Positions 8,941 to 18,598 of a stretch of DNA of 30,692 bases are shown here, piece by piece. How positions within the stretch are numbered: the stretch's first letter is position 1; each line of letters opens with the position of its first letter. The position numbers were made by a program, and so were the translations under genes. The notes beneath the pieces were generated by a model. It saw only the letters and a list, made by a program, of their open reading frames with translations. It was not told the DNA's origin and did not search any database. This DNA is from a virus (lineage: Duplodnaviria; Caudoviricetes), in IMG/VR virus record IMGVR_UViG_3300025809_000080, positions 1-30,692 of that record; one strand, 5' to 3'.

Positions 8941-8947
8941 CTAAAAT

Positions 8948-9736
8948 TTAAGGATAGCTTTTCATTGTTTCAGACTCAATAGCAAAAAGCTCACTAGGGC
9001 TTGTCACTGTGCTTGGAAGTGTTAAAGTTACCTCAGCATAATGGCCCATAACCCCCATTGATTCAGCCGCGGTATCCTTAGCGTACATTATAGACGTGCC
9101 GGAAGTAACGGTGGTTCCGTTATGCGTAACGGTTAAAACTGAACCATTATTTGCAGATACGTTTGAATAAGCAAGATTCGTAACCTGACCTACAAATATC
9201 AGGGAGTTAGCAAAACTATCATACCTATATATGTAATCCCCAATACTAAGACTCGTCTCTGAAAGAAAAAACTTCATGCTACCTACATTTTGAGTGTATG
9301 GAACACCTAAACCACCAATTGTTCTTGAGTTTAACTCAGAGCTTGATATTGTAGATACGGTATCACTAACACCTTGATTTCGTACATAGCCAAAGTAGTT
9401 ACCTTCTTTTTTTACAAACTCATCGGAAGGTATCTTACCTAACTGAGAGTTAACGTCAGTTAAAATATCAGCCGTCCAAGCATCAGTAGACTCTAAGTTA
9501 ATTGTTTTAAATAACTTATTCTCTAGTGGGGATTGATTTATTACAGTCTTAATCATTGAGCTGTAAGTAGTTTCATAATACCTGTTATGAATGTCGTTGG
9601 TATTATGCCTATATAGTTGACCACCTTTAAACGTGTAAAAATAATTATTCATCCCAATCATATAGTCAGGATAGTAGCTGTAAAAAGAAGGAAATCCCTT
9701 TGAACCTTCGCTGTATGTTAGTGTGTAATCTGCCAT
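8948..9736 (-). CDS. Tail protein, probably the detached C-terminal part of the muzzle/stabilisation protein, 262 aa
   Basis: TLTYSEGSKGFPSFYSY..YFYTFKGGQLYRHN..KLFKTINLES..KKEGNYF..ELFAI motifs resemble the C-terminal region of tail stabilisation proteins (from recall). Confidence 0.65.
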   Translation of the reverse strand: MADYTLTYSEGSKGFPSFYSYYPDYMIGMNNYFYTFKGGQLYRHNTNDIHNRYYETTYSSMIKTVINQSPLENKLFKTINLESTDAWTADILTDVNSQLGKIPSDEFVKKEGNYFGYVRNQGVSDTVSTISSSELNSRTIGGLGVPYTQNVGSMKFFLSETSLSIGDYIYRYDSFANSLIFVGQVTNLAYSNVSANNGSVLTVTHNGTTVTSGTSIMYAKDTAAESMGVMGHYAEVTLTLPSTVTSPSELFAIESETMKSYP

Positions 9737-9737
9737 A

Positions 9738-10751
9738 TTAACAAGCTTGTATTTCTGTTACTACTCCTCCTTGAACTCTAAATGAACCAAAAGGCACAGC
9801 TACTCCTTGTAGATTTGCTCCACTAGTTTTGTAATACCCATCAAATAATATTGCAGATGCGTTAGCGTCTTGAAACATAAAATCTCCTATGTTTATTATT
9901 GAGCTTACAGTGGTGGTTGCAGGTCCGTGAAAGTAATCTACAAATATAAAACTATAACCACAAGCATCTAGATGACTCAATATTGTTCCCGGTGAACAAC
10001 TTATTGCGCTCAAAGCCACAGGAGCATTTACGTTTACTGTTACTGAAGCTGCAGTGCAAGGTAGATATAATTGACTTAATAAAGTAAAATCAGTTGCGCT
10101 TGCCTTTGGTATGTATGTAATTAATGTATCGTTTAAAGTTTGATTAGTTAAAGCTGTAGGTATTTTATTTGCATTTGTAGTTGCTATAGAATTTCCGGTA
10201 GCTTGATAAGAATCAGACTGAGTGTTGTACTCAAATTTATCAAAACTCATATCAGTAGTAGACCAATTTGAACAATAATTATTATAGTCTCCCCACCAAA
10301 AATATTGAGGTATTGATTGGTCTGCGGTTACTATAGGACCTGAGTAAGTAGAAGTGTTACCTCCCCTATTAGAAAACCTACCATATCTTTGTTGCGAGCT
10401 TGTATTTAAAAAAAACAATCCCACAGGTTTAGATTGTGCAGATGGCGCGGTTATAACTAAGTTAATAGCCTCAACTCTTATAGCACCAATATCAGTACCA
10501 AAATTTGTATATATCTCATACAATCCTTGAGGTGCTATTGATAAACCCTGAATAGTTGATGGGGCTAAGTCTGTACACTGAGGGCAAGTTAATACAGGGC
10601 CGAGGCCCACTGACGCGGTTTGATACCTCGTAACAACACCGTCTGAATAATACCCTGCAATAGCAAGAGTTGTCATATCTGAATCTGTAAACACCGCCGT
10701 TGCAGTGCTTAAGTCTGAGCCGTTTAAATAATAATCTCCAAAATTAGCCAT
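9738..10751 (-). CDS. Beta-rich tail-associated protein, 337 aa (start corrected from 10757 to ATG 10751)
   Basis: TAATG overlap with the upstream stop. Thr/Ser-rich, with related modules at both ends (FTD...GYYSDG...C and FQD...DGYYK...GVVTEIQAC). Confidence 0.7.
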   Translation of the reverse strand: MANFGDYYLNGSDLSTATAVFTDSDMTTLAIAGYYSDGVVTRYQTASVGLGPVLTCPQCTDLAPSTIQGLSIAPQGLYEIYTNFGTDIGAIRVEAINLVITAPSAQSKPVGLFFLNTSSQQRYGRFSNRGGNTSTYSGPIVTADQSIPQYFWWGDYNNYCSNWSTTDMSFDKFEYNTQSDSYQATGNSIATTNANKIPTALTNQTLNDTLITYIPKASATDFTLLSQLYLPCTAASVTVNVNAPVALSAISCSPGTILSHLDACGYSFIFVDYFHGPATTTVSSIINIGDFMFQDANASAILFDGYYKTSGANLQGVAVPFGSFRVQGGVVTEIQAC

Positions 10752-13700
10752 TAGCAATCACAATCTTTAACTGTTATAGTAACACCTGCTGCGGTAACAG
10801 GGGTAAAAGTAGGGTAATCTGTAGAGCAAACATCTACAGAAGAATTACCTAATAAAGTTTCAGCGTTAGAGCCTCCGTTGTAACCTACTGTAATAGTTGT
10901 ACTACCTGAATTGGTTACTGTATAAGTAGTTGTAGCTTGCGAACAAGAACATTCACAGCATACATCTGCTAAACTAGAAGCGTCAAAACAAACAAAGCTT
11001 TCAGGCTGTCTTCGTAAGTCCCATACTAAATATAAGTATTCATAAGCTCCTGTAGGCATAGTAAATGTAGCACTAAACTCATTTGCACCATTATTATTTG
11101 GTGTCAGAGAGGTTGCCGCACCAATCAAATTCAATAAGTCTGCTGACGTATTTGCGTAGTCTGTATCAGTATTTAACCACAAAAACCTGTCTTTATTATT
11201 TAAGTTATAAAAAGTTTCAGCATTAGCACTTGTTCTTATGGTAAGGTCATTTCCTTTTACAGGTATTGAGCCCTGCCCTTGGTCTCCGATGTATGTTTGG
11301 TAAAAAGAAGCATGTGCAGCATCAGTACTGCTAGTAAATTCTATAATATTGTCAGGACTGAATACCTCTGAAGTACCACCATCATAACTCCAAAAACAAT
11401 TTAACACCTTACTCGCGTCACTATTATTAGTAAGTACAATAGTTCTTATTTTTTGCGCCGTCCCCTCAGGGCATCCTGAAGTTAAATCAATAGTTGCATC
11501 ATTTTCCGAACTATTATTTTGTATAGATATTAATGCTTTTGTTGGGGTTGTTTTATCTTTATTAAGAGTTCTAGTTTCATTACCTGTTATGCTTGGGTAT
11601 ATGGAAGTGCTGCCATCCCAATTTATTGATACCGTAAATTCATCAGCTCCTGCAGAAAAAATAAATGGAACATCGCCAAGCGTTGTTAATAAGTCTACAC
11701 AAAAAGATTTAGTTCCGCTAGGCTTTAATGAGAAAGTTTGCCTTTGACCACAAGGAATACACTCCTCTTCTTTAGGTAGTAGTATGTCGTTGTTAGATAA
11801 AACATACTCATTCATGTAAGGGTCATAACCGCCAAGCTTTTGAGTTTCAAAGCTATCAGTAAATAAGTCTCTAAACCAACTGCGCATTCCAAGCTCTGAA
11901 ATAACATTAAGACTTTCTGATGGGCCGTCGCCTTTTAACTGTATAACAGCGCCTCGCTTAGCATCTGTAAAAAACTTACTGCTACCATACGAGGCAAAGC
12001 TCTCAGTATTATCACTAATACCGTAGTCTTCTATTCTAGCTATCTGCTTACCTAACACCTCAGGTACAGACGTTAAAACACCACCACCACTTGCGTCTGA
12101 CAATAAATTTGTACCCGAAAGAACGTAAGATATTTTATCTTCCTGAAGGGTGAGTATATTTGTTTCACGAGCAAAAAGCTTGTTTACAGGTCCAAAGGAG
12201 TCCTCTAAGGCTTTAAAATTAGCTAACCCTAAGTTGAACTCGTTTAATCTATTTAAGTTCGTCTCATCATTGTATATACCACTATAAGTAATATCACTGC
12301 TTCTATGAGCTCTTTTGTAGTCCTGCTCTGAAACTGTAGTCACACGATTACCTAAGCTCATAGCTCTTCCTTTTACAGAATCTCTAATAGTATAACTCTC
12401 TACTCCGTTACCAAAAGCATAGCAGTTAGAAAACTTAAGGTGTAGTATAGCAGGCTGTGTTGCGCTTTGGTCTTGGTCATCAGGGTCAGCAAAGTTACCA
12501 CCATCTAAGTGGTATCCTGTAACTGTATCAATTGGATACGAATCTTGACCCTCATACCAAACGTCAGGTAAAGCGTCTGTAGGTTCGGTTTCAAAAACAA
12601 TAAGATTAGTTTCTCCTGCTATAAATATTTGAAAGTTAGAGGTAATACTTGAAGTAGTACCGCTTGCACAAGATTGATAACCACTAATCAAAAGCTTTAT
12701 TTGGTTATCAGTTGCGTTTTTAAACCACTGCAACCTTCTAGTTGAAGAGGTTCCGCTTTGTTCAAATGCAGTTATTTCCGCAGTAGTGGTAAGTAATGTT
12801 GAGTTGTAAACAAAGTCATTAGGTAGTAGGTTTGATACATTCTCACCATTCCATAAAGCTATAATATCTACGTAGTCTTGGGAAGCTGTAACATTAGCTG
12901 TAAAGTTATACTCTAACTTATTGCAATTTCTATCTCCTACATAGTTAGTTCCCGCCCTGTACCAATCAATGCTAATATTAATTTGAGAACCTCTATGTAT
13001 AAAAGTATTTGTGTATGGGCTACCACCACCTGAAGCGGGGGTGCTAAATCCATCATACTCAAGATAAGTAATTGTACTAGGCACGTTTTGCTCAGCCGAT
13101 TGAATACCTGATTGATTGAACGAAGAACTTGATGAGCCTGCTGCAAAGTTAGTGGTCATCATCTTCATATAAGTTCCTGCGGGAACTGTTATAGCGTCTC
13201 CATTTGAGTCCAAAACTGTTATAAAATCCTCTGCCTGAGCTTTCTTTTCCAATACAGTTGCTTGAGCACAGCTCCTTAACGGCCCTGTTGAGTCTCGTTT
13301 TACGATATATCTATCACCCTCTTCAACCTTAGCAATGTTCTCACCTTCCAATAAGAAGTATGTAAAATCGCTTTCAGAGTCTTTAAAGTAAATGTTTGAG
13401 TAAATAGTTTCGTACTGCTCACCGTCAGGTTTTATCACAAACTTATATCTCTTAGCAAAGTCAGGAGCTAATTGTGATGGGGGTATATTTACAACCACCT
13501 CATTTTTAGTCGGACTTGCTGAGCAGGGAACGTAAACTGTATTCGACTCACTCACCAAAGCTGTCGTAGCCCTGTTAAACCCATCCATATAAACAATACC
13601 TATCTCGTAACCTCTGTTACTATGAAGGCTCGCAGAGCTTGGCTCTTGTTGAAAAGAGAACTCAGCCTCAGCTATATCAAAATACTCAAAAGCTAAGCTA

Positions 13701-15382
13701 CCTATAACAGGTAGAGCAGGGTCGTTTGTATATACCGCTGCCAAAACAACTAGACTCATCTCCGTACCTGATGAAGGACCTGCAATGATAGGTTGTTCAA
13801 CAGCAGAAATACCGCTGCTATAAAGACTATAGCCTCCTTGAAGAGTGTCTGACAACGCGCAGTTATATCTATCTGTTAAGGTTTGCCTTTCACAAGCTGT
13901 ACTTATAGGCACTATAGAAGAGGATAAGCCTAACTTATCTTGAAAGTCCGTGCTATTTAAAAGCTCTGTTGTATTACTAAAGTTCTGAGGGAGTATGTAT
14001 GTAAACCCAAACTCCATGTTGTTATTTGTAGATGCAGGTAAAGTTGCAGGTGCTCCATTAAAACTATTATGTTCTAGCCTAAAGCTAAATGAAAAGGCAG
14101 AGCCCGCTGTTAACTTATCCTGTATGTTTGATAAATCTACAACCACATTACCAAGTGTAGTTACAGGAGAAGCAGAGTTGATAGTGTATCCGACATTGTT
14201 AAACCCATTATTAGATAATGCGTTAAAACCAATATCTGTGCTGTTAACATCTACAGTGTAAGATAGTCGAGTATTTTGACCGCCACGTTTTAAATCGTAA
14301 CCCTCAACGTAGTTACCGTACATAATACGGTTACCCATTAAGGTTTGTGTTTTAGCAAGTAATGGTACGTTATCATACAAACGTAATATCTCACCCTCTG
14401 ATAGTATAGTAAATATCTTACTATCTGTAAATAAATACGTATAATTCGTGTTGTCTAAGTAGTTTAAGTCTTTCTTGTTAAGCTTCTCAATAACCTTAAT
14501 AGTTCCTGAGTCAGACTCTTTAAATAATATCTCAACACTTTTTACTTGAGAGCCGCCTGTAAAAAAGGTAACCTCAGCAGTGTTTATACTATTTACCATA
14601 CCATCGTTTACACCGCTCTCAGGTGAAAGCTCAAATGGTTTAGGTAAAAAACTTGGATTGGTAAACTGTGATGTAGCTGAGTACTCGCCGTCAGCGTACT
14701 CATACCTGTAACCAAAGCATATAAACCTGTCCTGCATAAAAGTATCAGTAATGCTTGGGTTGTCAATACCTGTAACCAAAGGTGCTTGAGCAGGTGGGTC
14801 TAAAATTACTAATATATCATTGTACTCAAAGTTATCGCTACCCGTGATTGAGGTTGGGTATCCGTAACTTGAGTTTACATTTATCTTTCTTGGTGGATTG
14901 TAGTTGTCTGTAAAAAACAAAAAGTTACCAACCTTATTTACGTTACTAACAAGGTAACTAGAATTAAAGTTTAACGTGGTGTTTGTAGGGTCATCATCGT
15001 TTTTAAAACTAATAACGTGGTACTCTACTGACTTTACATTTGTATTATAAGACACAATAAGGTCAGCTTTATTTGTACTTGTATTTGTACCTGTATTATT
15101 ATCGTGTATAAACCAATATATAGTTTCATTAGCACCATCCTCAAAAGCCCCAATACACCTTGCATTAGGACTTAAGTCATACTGTACATCTGAGTAAGTC
15201 CCTAAGTTAATTGCAGTTAAAAGCTCGTTACCCTTTGATGACTCTACAGAACCTATCTCAGATTCTTCAGTAGAACCAAGACGAACATTCATTGCGTCCA
15301 CATACTCACCGTTAGGTACAAGCCGTTCATCGACAGACTTATTCATCCTACCGGATATAAAGTGCCTTTTTAAGTTAGCCAT
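10751..15382 (-). CDS. Tail muzzle/stabilisation protein (crAss muzzle / P22 gp10-like), 1543 aa, with a Cys-rich C-terminal extension
   Basis: N-terminal GRMNKSVDERLVPNGEYVDAMNVR, plus LFFTDNYNPPRKIN, GNRIMYGNYVEGY, GNGVES..IRD, YGISDNTESFA and FFTDAKRGAV. Follows two ring-protein genes. Confidence 0.85.
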   Translation of the reverse strand: MANLKRHFISGRMNKSVDERLVPNGEYVDAMNVRLGSTEESEIGSVESSKGNELLTAINLGTYSDVQYDLSPNARCIGAFEDGANETIYWFIHDNNTGTNTSTNKADLIVSYNTNVKSVEYHVISFKNDDDPTNTTLNFNSSYLVSNVNKVGNFLFFTDNYNPPRKINVNSSYGYPTSITGSDNFEYNDILVILDPPAQAPLVTGIDNPSITDTFMQDRFICFGYRYEYADGEYSATSQFTNPSFLPKPFELSPESGVNDGMVNSINTAEVTFFTGGSQVKSVEILFKESDSGTIKVIEKLNKKDLNYLDNTNYTYLFTDSKIFTILSEGEILRLYDNVPLLAKTQTLMGNRIMYGNYVEGYDLKRGGQNTRLSYTVDVNSTDIGFNALSNNGFNNVGYTINSASPVTTLGNVVVDLSNIQDKLTAGSAFSFSFRLEHNSFNGAPATLPASTNNNMEFGFTYILPQNFSNTTELLNSTDFQDKLGLSSSIVPISTACERQTLTDRYNCALSDTLQGGYSLYSSGISAVEQPIIAGPSSGTEMSLVVLAAVYTNDPALPVIGSLAFEYFDIAEAEFSFQQEPSSASLHSNRGYEIGIVYMDGFNRATTALVSESNTVYVPCSASPTKNEVVVNIPPSQLAPDFAKRYKFVIKPDGEQYETIYSNIYFKDSESDFTYFLLEGENIAKVEEGDRYIVKRDSTGPLRSCAQATVLEKKAQAEDFITVLDSNGDAITVPAGTYMKMMTTNFAAGSSSSSFNQSGIQSAEQNVPSTITYLEYDGFSTPASGGGSPYTNTFIHRGSQINISIDWYRAGTNYVGDRNCNKLEYNFTANVTASQDYVDIIALWNGENVSNLLPNDFVYNSTLLTTTAEITAFEQSGTSSTRRLQWFKNATDNQIKLLISGYQSCASGTTSSITSNFQIFIAGETNLIVFETEPTDALPDVWYEGQDSYPIDTVTGYHLDGGNFADPDDQDQSATQPAILHLKFSNCYAFGNGVESYTIRDSVKGRAMSLGNRVTTVSEQDYKRAHRSSDITYSGIYNDETNLNRLNEFNLGLANFKALEDSFGPVNKLFARETNILTLQEDKISYVLSGTNLLSDASGGGVLTSVPEVLGKQIARIEDYGISDNTESFASYGSSKFFTDAKRGAVIQLKGDGPSESLNVISELGMRSWFRDLFTDSFETQKLGGYDPYMNEYVLSNNDILLPKEEECIPCGQRQTFSLKPSGTKSFCVDLLTTLGDVPFIFSAGADEFTVSINWDGSTSIYPSITGNETRTLNKDKTTPTKALISIQNNSSENDATIDLTSGCPEGTAQKIRTIVLTNNSDASKVLNCFWSYDGGTSEVFSPDNIIEFTSSTDAAHASFYQTYIGDQGQGSIPVKGNDLTIRTSANAETFYNLNNKDRFLWLNTDTDYANTSADLLNLIGAATSLTPNNNGANEFSATFTMPTGAYEYLYLVWDLRRQPESFVCFDASSLADVCCECSCSQATTTYTVTNSGSTTITVGYNGGSNAETLLGNSSVDVCSTDYPTFTPVTAAGVTITVKDCDC

Positions 15383-15384
15383 AT

Positions 15385-16308
15385 TTATTTAATCCACTTA
15401 GATTGCCCTCTTAGATTCATTAGGAGTCTACCGGGGTGTATGTTACTAATTCTTATTTTAGCATTACGTAGTAGTGCTGACTTCTGCTTTCTTGCACGAG
15501 AAACTATGTACTCCTGAACACCAAGCTTGCTATTAAGTATAGCGTACTGAATGTATGCGTACACGTACTCCTCAAACAACTTGTTTACAGTAATGAGAGA
15601 GTTATTACCACCCTCCATACCATCAGAAACATACTCTAATATAACAGACCTACCTGCCATTGTAGAGTCAAAGTTTATAACACCCGCCTTAGAATCTATC
15701 CTGAAGGTTGGGTTAGCATTTGCAGTCTCTGTATTTAAACCATAACGAGCACCTATAGCGTAGTCAAAATACCAAGCACCATCACAGCAGTAACCTTCAT
15801 TACCGTTGAATGGGCTAGACTCGTTTAGGTATATACTCTTCTTAGTTCCTTTAATCCTAGCAAGGTCAAAATCTGAGAACTCAGGGTTTAGCACCTCGCC
15901 GTTCTCATCAAACAATAAAGCCCCGCTATTATCTTTAAGATACGCTTGAGCAGTAGTAGCTTGAATGTTTTCAGTTAACGGAAATAGCACGCCGTTCTCA
16001 AACATTGATACCCTAACCCAATTAACATAGTCCGAGGGAAGCACGTATCGCACCGTATCCGGCAGCGAAATCTCTAACGCTTTGATTTCCTTGAACGCAT
16101 CATAGTTAAGCTCTTGAATCGCACGTTTTGCGTGGAATATAATCTTGTATCGCTCCTCGTTATTTACAAGGGAATGATTCCCTTGGTACATAAGCATGAA
16201 GTTTGTTACTATATCCTTTAGGCTAACGTACTGATATGAACCCCAATTCTTATCCTCAGGATTAGAGCCGTTGTTTTCGTAATATTCGTATTGAGATATA
16301 TATGCCAT
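15385..16308 (-). CDS. Tail ring/structural protein, 307 aa
   Basis: FHAKRAIQELNYD, LPSDYVNWVRVS and ILEYVSDG motifs typical of ring/adaptor proteins. TAATG coupling to the upstream gene. Confidence 0.75.
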   Translation of the reverse strand: MAYISQYEYYENNGSNPEDKNWGSYQYVSLKDIVTNFMLMYQGNHSLVNNEERYKIIFHAKRAIQELNYDAFKEIKALEISLPDTVRYVLPSDYVNWVRVSMFENGVLFPLTENIQATTAQAYLKDNSGALLFDENGEVLNPEFSDFDLARIKGTKKSIYLNESSPFNGNEGYCCDGAWYFDYAIGARYGLNTETANANPTFRIDSKAGVINFDSTMAGRSVILEYVSDGMEGGNNSLITVNKLFEEYVYAYIQYAILNSKLGVQEYIVSRARKQKSALLRNAKIRISNIHPGRLLMNLRGQSKWIK

Positions 16309-17003
16309 TATTGTTGCTCTATATTATTTTGTTGTTCCTGTTTATTAGCAAAATCAACTACCATGGTCTCACGAATCTCAACCCCTGCGTACTTAAGTAT
16401 CTTATTCACCAACTCGTTTTGATAGCTAAGGGGTAGCTCAAAATCCTCATAATCCCCCGCACTTGGATTAAATATAGGTACATTACTCCCTACTGCGGTA
16501 TAAGTCCACTTGGGCGTTGAAGGGTATCTAATATATCTTGCAGTTGCTTGGCCCGAATTTGGTGTAATCTTTATAACACCTCCATCTTGAGTGTATACAG
16601 GGAACTCATCACTTGGAGCTGTAAGTGGGGAAATTTCTAAAGCTGTAATCTTGCCTTGAGAGACTCTTTCAACCTCAACATTAATATTATTAATACTTAT
16701 TGTAATCCTATTTATATAGTAATAATTGTTAGGTAAAACGTGTGTTCCGTAATTACTCGTTAAAGTTGAGCTCTCACTAAACAAATCTATATCCTCAAGT
16801 ATTCCTTTTGATATGTCAGCGTAGTCAGTTCCTGACCTACGCGCGTTCTCTGAGTTTATCTGAGTATTGTATTGGTAAAATAAGTTCTCGAATATTTCAA
16901 GCTGCGCTTGCTTAGCGTACAGGTTAAAATCCATTGGAGATAAATACCCGTAGTTATTCTTATTTAACACAGCAAGTACTGTGGTTCTAACGTCATCTAT
17001 CAT
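16308..17003 (-). CDS. Tail ring/adaptor (tubular protein A-like) protein, 231 aa
   Basis: VLAVLNKNNYGYLSPMDFNLYAKQAQLEIF, LPNNYY, YIRYP..PKW and DFELP..LVNKILKYAGV. Confidence 0.75.
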   Translation of the reverse strand: MIDDVRTTVLAVLNKNNYGYLSPMDFNLYAKQAQLEIFENLFYQYNTQINSENARRSGTDYADISKGILEDIDLFSESSTLTSNYGTHVLPNNYYYINRITISINNINVEVERVSQGKITALEISPLTAPSDEFPVYTQDGGVIKITPNSGQATARYIRYPSTPKWTYTAVGSNVPIFNPSAGDYEDFELPLSYQNELVNKILKYAGVEIRETMVVDFANKQEQQNNIEQQ

Positions 17004-17018
17004 TATTAAATCTTTTCA

Positions 17019-17026
17019 CAAATATA
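17019..17026 (-). promoter_or_regulatory. Bacteroidota-type -7 promoter element TATATTTG
   Basis: TAnnTTTG 15 nt upstream of ATG 17003, directly after a terminator U-tract. Confidence 0.7.
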
Positions 17027-17029
17027 CGC

Positions 17030-17056
17030 AAAAAAAAAAGAGCCCCTATGGAGCTC
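17030..17056 (-). terminator. Intrinsic terminator after the fibre/decoration cluster
   Basis: GAGCTCC-ATA-GGGGCTC followed by T10 on the minus strand. Confidence 0.85.
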
Positions 17057-17082
17057 CTCTTTCAACCTATTACATTATAACA

Positions 17083-18597
17083 TTAAGATGCTACAATGTC
17101 GGTGATAAGGACAGGAGACTTAATCTCAATAACCTTACCTGTGTTATTTGCGTTAGCAGACTCTACGATTGCATTTTGGAAGAAGTTCCTCATCTGTACC
17201 GTTGAGGTTGCGTCAGCCTCTGCATACGTGATAGTTACAGTGTCAGCTCCATCAGTCAGACCGTTGTTAATTACAACCGTGCTGTTTGTTGGCGCACTCA
17301 CTGTAGATACGTTATCAACTCCGATAAGCTTCGGTTGATTCTTAACCTCTTGGAGCTCTATATCGCTTAAGCTAATGAACTCATCCGTAGCACCTGTGCT
17401 CTTTACGTTAACAAGAAGGTTAGTGCCGTTAGCCGCTGCTTTATATCTAAACTCATTCTCTCCAAGCTTTGCGTCAACAGTAAGGTAATTTACTCTATCA
17501 AAGATTTGAAAGATAACACCCTCTGATTTGCTTAGCACGTTAAACTTAAGAACCAATTCAGTACCTGATGAGTAGGCAGGTGTGTCAGTACCTATAATGG
17601 CATTAGAAGACCCCGCTGCGGTTGTTAACGTAGCGGTTCCACCACTAAATACAGCAAACTCTCCTGAAGCACCAACCCCTGAGCCACCTCTATTCCACGC
17701 GTAAGCAAACACGTTAGTAGGTTGGATTGAGATGTTGCCATAGGTGGTAGTACCTGCAGTATTAAAGCCTGCTCTAAACAATAACTTAGTGTTACTAGCT
17801 TCTTTTATAAACGTGTAGTCAACAGAGCCTGAGGCGGTTGGAATAGTAACACTTGTACCATTTAAAAATAAAGCTTCATTACCAATATCACCGGTTACAC
17901 TTTCTATTTTAAGGTTAACCTCCACTCCGTCAGGTATACCCGTTAAGTCATACCCCGCTCCTTCGTATATTCCGCCTGATACTATTACAAGCTTTTGGCC
18001 TACAACATCTGTTGATGTAGCAGGATAACTTGCGTCAGCCGTAGACCACCCCGTTAAAGTAGTTACATCGGTATCATCATCAACATCTAAAAACGAAGGG
18101 TTGTCAATATACTCAACCTGACCTGTTTCTTTTAATTGAAAGTTAAAAAATTCTGTAGTACCCGCAGTTAACCTATTAAAGTATAAAAGTGCAGTTGTTC
18201 CTTTTGCTTTAAACTCTAAGGATAAAGCGTTTCCTGTTAAGGTTATGTCAATATCACCACTTAATCCACTTGCTTTATAGTAAGTCTGAATGTCTGTAAT
18301 ATTTCCTGAAATCTCACATGTGAAGTTATATACTTTGTCTACCGTTAATCCTGCTGCTGTGTACTTTACACCATCACTAGCACTATCAGCTACAAGCTTT
18401 ATCTTATTATCCTCTATAGTCGCTGAAACAGGTGTTTCCGCTAGAGTCCAATTAGGTAAAGACGATACATCAGTTCCGTTCGGAACGTCAGTAAAACTAC
18501 CATTAACTATTATCTCCGGACCTAGCGTTGCAAACTCAGGGTTCTCTAATATGTCGTTACCTATGTACGACTTGTTTAGTTTTAAATAATTCGCCAT
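17083..18597 (-). CDS. Fibre/decoration protein with three CBM-like beta-sandwich domains (nested), 504 aa
   Basis: NPEF, NGSF and NPSF domain starts with matching FQLKE / ISIQP / IELQE ends. The C-terminal ~85 aa resemble the neighbouring 97- and 101-aa proteins. Confidence 0.75.
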   Translation of the reverse strand: MANYLKLNKSYIGNDILENPEFATLGPEIIVNGSFTDVPNGTDVSSLPNWTLAETPVSATIEDNKIKLVADSASDGVKYTAAGLTVDKVYNFTCEISGNITDIQTYYKASGLSGDIDITLTGNALSLEFKAKGTTALLYFNRLTAGTTEFFNFQLKETGQVEYIDNPSFLDVDDDTDVTTLTGWSTADASYPATSTDVVGQKLVIVSGGIYEGAGYDLTGIPDGVEVNLKIESVTGDIGNEALFLNGTSVTIPTASGSVDYTFIKEASNTKLLFRAGFNTAGTTTYGNISIQPTNVFAYAWNRGGSGVGASGEFAVFSGGTATLTTAAGSSNAIIGTDTPAYSSGTELVLKFNVLSKSEGVIFQIFDRVNYLTVDAKLGENEFRYKAAANGTNLLVNVKSTGATDEFISLSDIELQEVKNQPKLIGVDNVSTVSAPTNSTVVINNGLTDGADTVTITYAEADATSTVQMRNFFQNAIVESANANNTGKVIEIKSPVLITDIVAS

Positions 18598-18598
18598 C

